A stretch of 64,000 bases of DNA from Octopus sinensis (Eukaryota): assembly GCF_006345805.1 (NCBI RefSeq), contig NC_043004.1, forward strand, positions 77,128,001 through 77,192,000. Direction: 5' to 3'. Made by a program: the position numbers and the translations under genes. Below are positions 62,028 through 64,000 of the stretch, one piece after another. The number at the start of each line of letters is the position of its first letter. Positions within the stretch are counted from its first letter, which is position 1. The notes under the pieces are model-generated. The model was not told the DNA's origin. It did no database searches and worked only from the letters and a program-made list of their open reading frames with translations.

Positions 62028-62645
62028 TACCGTTTAAATTGGAATGAGACATTAGATGGTATAACTGGTATGCGAGGAATTAAGACGATGTCACCTTTAC
62101 CAAAACCAGTGAGAATATTTGCCTCAATGTTGTTTCCGATAAGTTTCTGCACAATTGCATAATTTTGGTTGAGACAAATAACGCGATAGCATAATAGGAG
62201 TCCCTTGTTTCAGCTGAAGACAATGAAGAGCTGAAACTGGTGGTTCTAGTGAGTTCAAAAATTCGATAAGATAGTTAACACTATCCTGATCATCAACAAC
62301 ACTGTCAATTGAATATTTCTCCTGAAAGCTTATTCGAAAGCAGATTATTAATACTATGTACTGCAACATTTTTTGGAGCCAGGATATCTCGCTCACAGAT
62401 CTAATCTGTATTGTAAATATGAAGAAGACTAGGAAATATTTCATCCACCAAATCAGCGACGGAATGAGTTGAATTGGATTGAGTAAGAAACTGTTCTTCA
62501 TCAATTGGATGTCTCCCTCCGCCGAAAAAGGAGGAGAGAGAGAAAGAAAGCAAGGGAAAATAGACAGAGAGAGAAGAAAGAAAATCATAGAGATGGTGTC
62601 TGGTTTTAGTTTCACTTAGTGCAACAAAAAGACAGACAAAATCTC

Positions 62646-62720
<75 letters not shown>
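62028..62720 (-). mobile_element. Internally deleted Helitron (5' end plus PIF1 helicase fragment)
   Basis: [54 protein letters not shown]; 5' TC..tatataaaagagagattttgtctgtc. Confidence 0.82.
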
Positions 62721-62722
<2 letters not shown>

Positions 62723-64000
62723 CATTATGTATAGCAATTGAAATGATAACCGTTATGGGAAGAAAAATTATTAATGTTAATGACAATTCTTGAGATAACT
62801 CCGAAACTTAAACTAATTGAAAAATAAAATGGAGATACATACTGAGAAGTTACTGTTATCTTTTGCAAGATCTTTATTTACATTAATTTCAGTTGGTTAA
62901 ATATATTCTTAGTTCACAGCATTAGATATGTTATCCGATACTATATTCTGTATCTGCGTGTGAGTGTGTTTATGATTATATATATATATATATCGTTATT
63001 AATCCAAACAGTTGGTAGCATGGAAGGAGAGCGGATGAAAATGCGCAGAGAAAGTATTTAGATTTAAAAATATATGAATACACATGATTCATTTCACATT
63101 TGATTTTCAAAAGTAAATGCTGTATAGAGCTCTGTCGCAAATGTTCCTTTTCTGGCCGATGTTATGAGTTGCTTTTCCATCTAGATTTACCTCCAGCTAA
63201 CCCATTTACATACATCGTTTTTGTCCTACCTTTCTTCCGTCAACCTGTACATAACTGCACCTTCCATTTTTTGTTCACGTCGTTACGCTCTCTTTGTAGA
63301 ATATTCTTGTGTCTGCCCAGTTCAAAGCAGACATTTTATTTTGCTACGCTGGCAGCCGATGCGAAGTGAACATTTTTCTCCGCGTTTTCTTTTTTTCCGC
63401 TTTGTTCTGGTTTCTTCTGTCTTTCCTTTTCTCTTATTCCACGTTCCACGCCGTCTTGTTCTAGAGAACGCAAGTTATTCATGTTGCACTCAAAAAACTT
63501 TTCACGTTGAAATTCTACCTTCCCCCTTCCAGGAAGGGGGAATGTGTCGCTTGTCTGCGACACGGCAAAAATTCAATACTTTTTACACAAAGCAAATTCA
63601 ATTAGAAATAAATTCTAGCACATTAAACATGTACACTTACTTCAGACTTAATTTTTCACCTCCGCTTCCAAAATTCTTTACACTGCCATTGCTGAGCACG
63701 TGGAGATATTTGCTAGCCGTTTCGCACAAACCTTCCAGTACAAACGAGAAGGCTAAACCACGATCATTTTATTGAAACCACAAGGGTTAAACAAATAGGA
63801 GACAATACGAGGGACAACGAAATGTCATTATTATTTTTTTTTTTTAGTATCTTTTTCGCTTGGGCCTTATCCCAAAGTGTTCGGTCTGTTTCCGTTTTCT
63901 CATGCTGGTTCTACGGGACTCCATTACTTTCGGTGCTGGGACATCGCATACATAAAAAAAATACTTCCATAGGAATTTTACTCCGTTCTTCGGTGTCTCT

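Noticed and set aside
63100-63560. Charged-residue ORF fragments
   Set aside because: Possibly a Helitron N-terminal relic, but no diagnostic motif; not an integrin exon.

Overview
AT-rich, microsatellite- and repeat-dense animal genomic DNA. It is most likely an octopus (coleoid cephalopod), inferred from the SINE families and the (TA)n/(CA)n/(GATA)n load. One protein-coding gene dominates: a minus-strand integrin alpha subunit, for which I traced 17 GT-AG exons (60234 to 12100, about 820 codons). They cover beta-propeller blades 3-7, thigh, genu, calf-1/2, the TM helix and the cytoplasmic tail; the 5' exons lie beyond the window or were not recognised. The model has a 1-nt frameshift in one exon, and its best-supported last exon lacks the canonical GFFKR motif. 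Introns and the 3' flank hold tRNA-derived SINEs (four families), CR1/L2-type LINE ends, and Penelope, R2-clade and Helitron remnants. They also hold a mariner, a full-length Chapaev3-like transposon and a hAT shell with a nested Penelope. Several non-coding, hammerhead-ribozyme-bearing or palindromic inserts sit in (TA)n tracts and look like retrozymes. All calls come from reading the sequence by eye; no searches were run.
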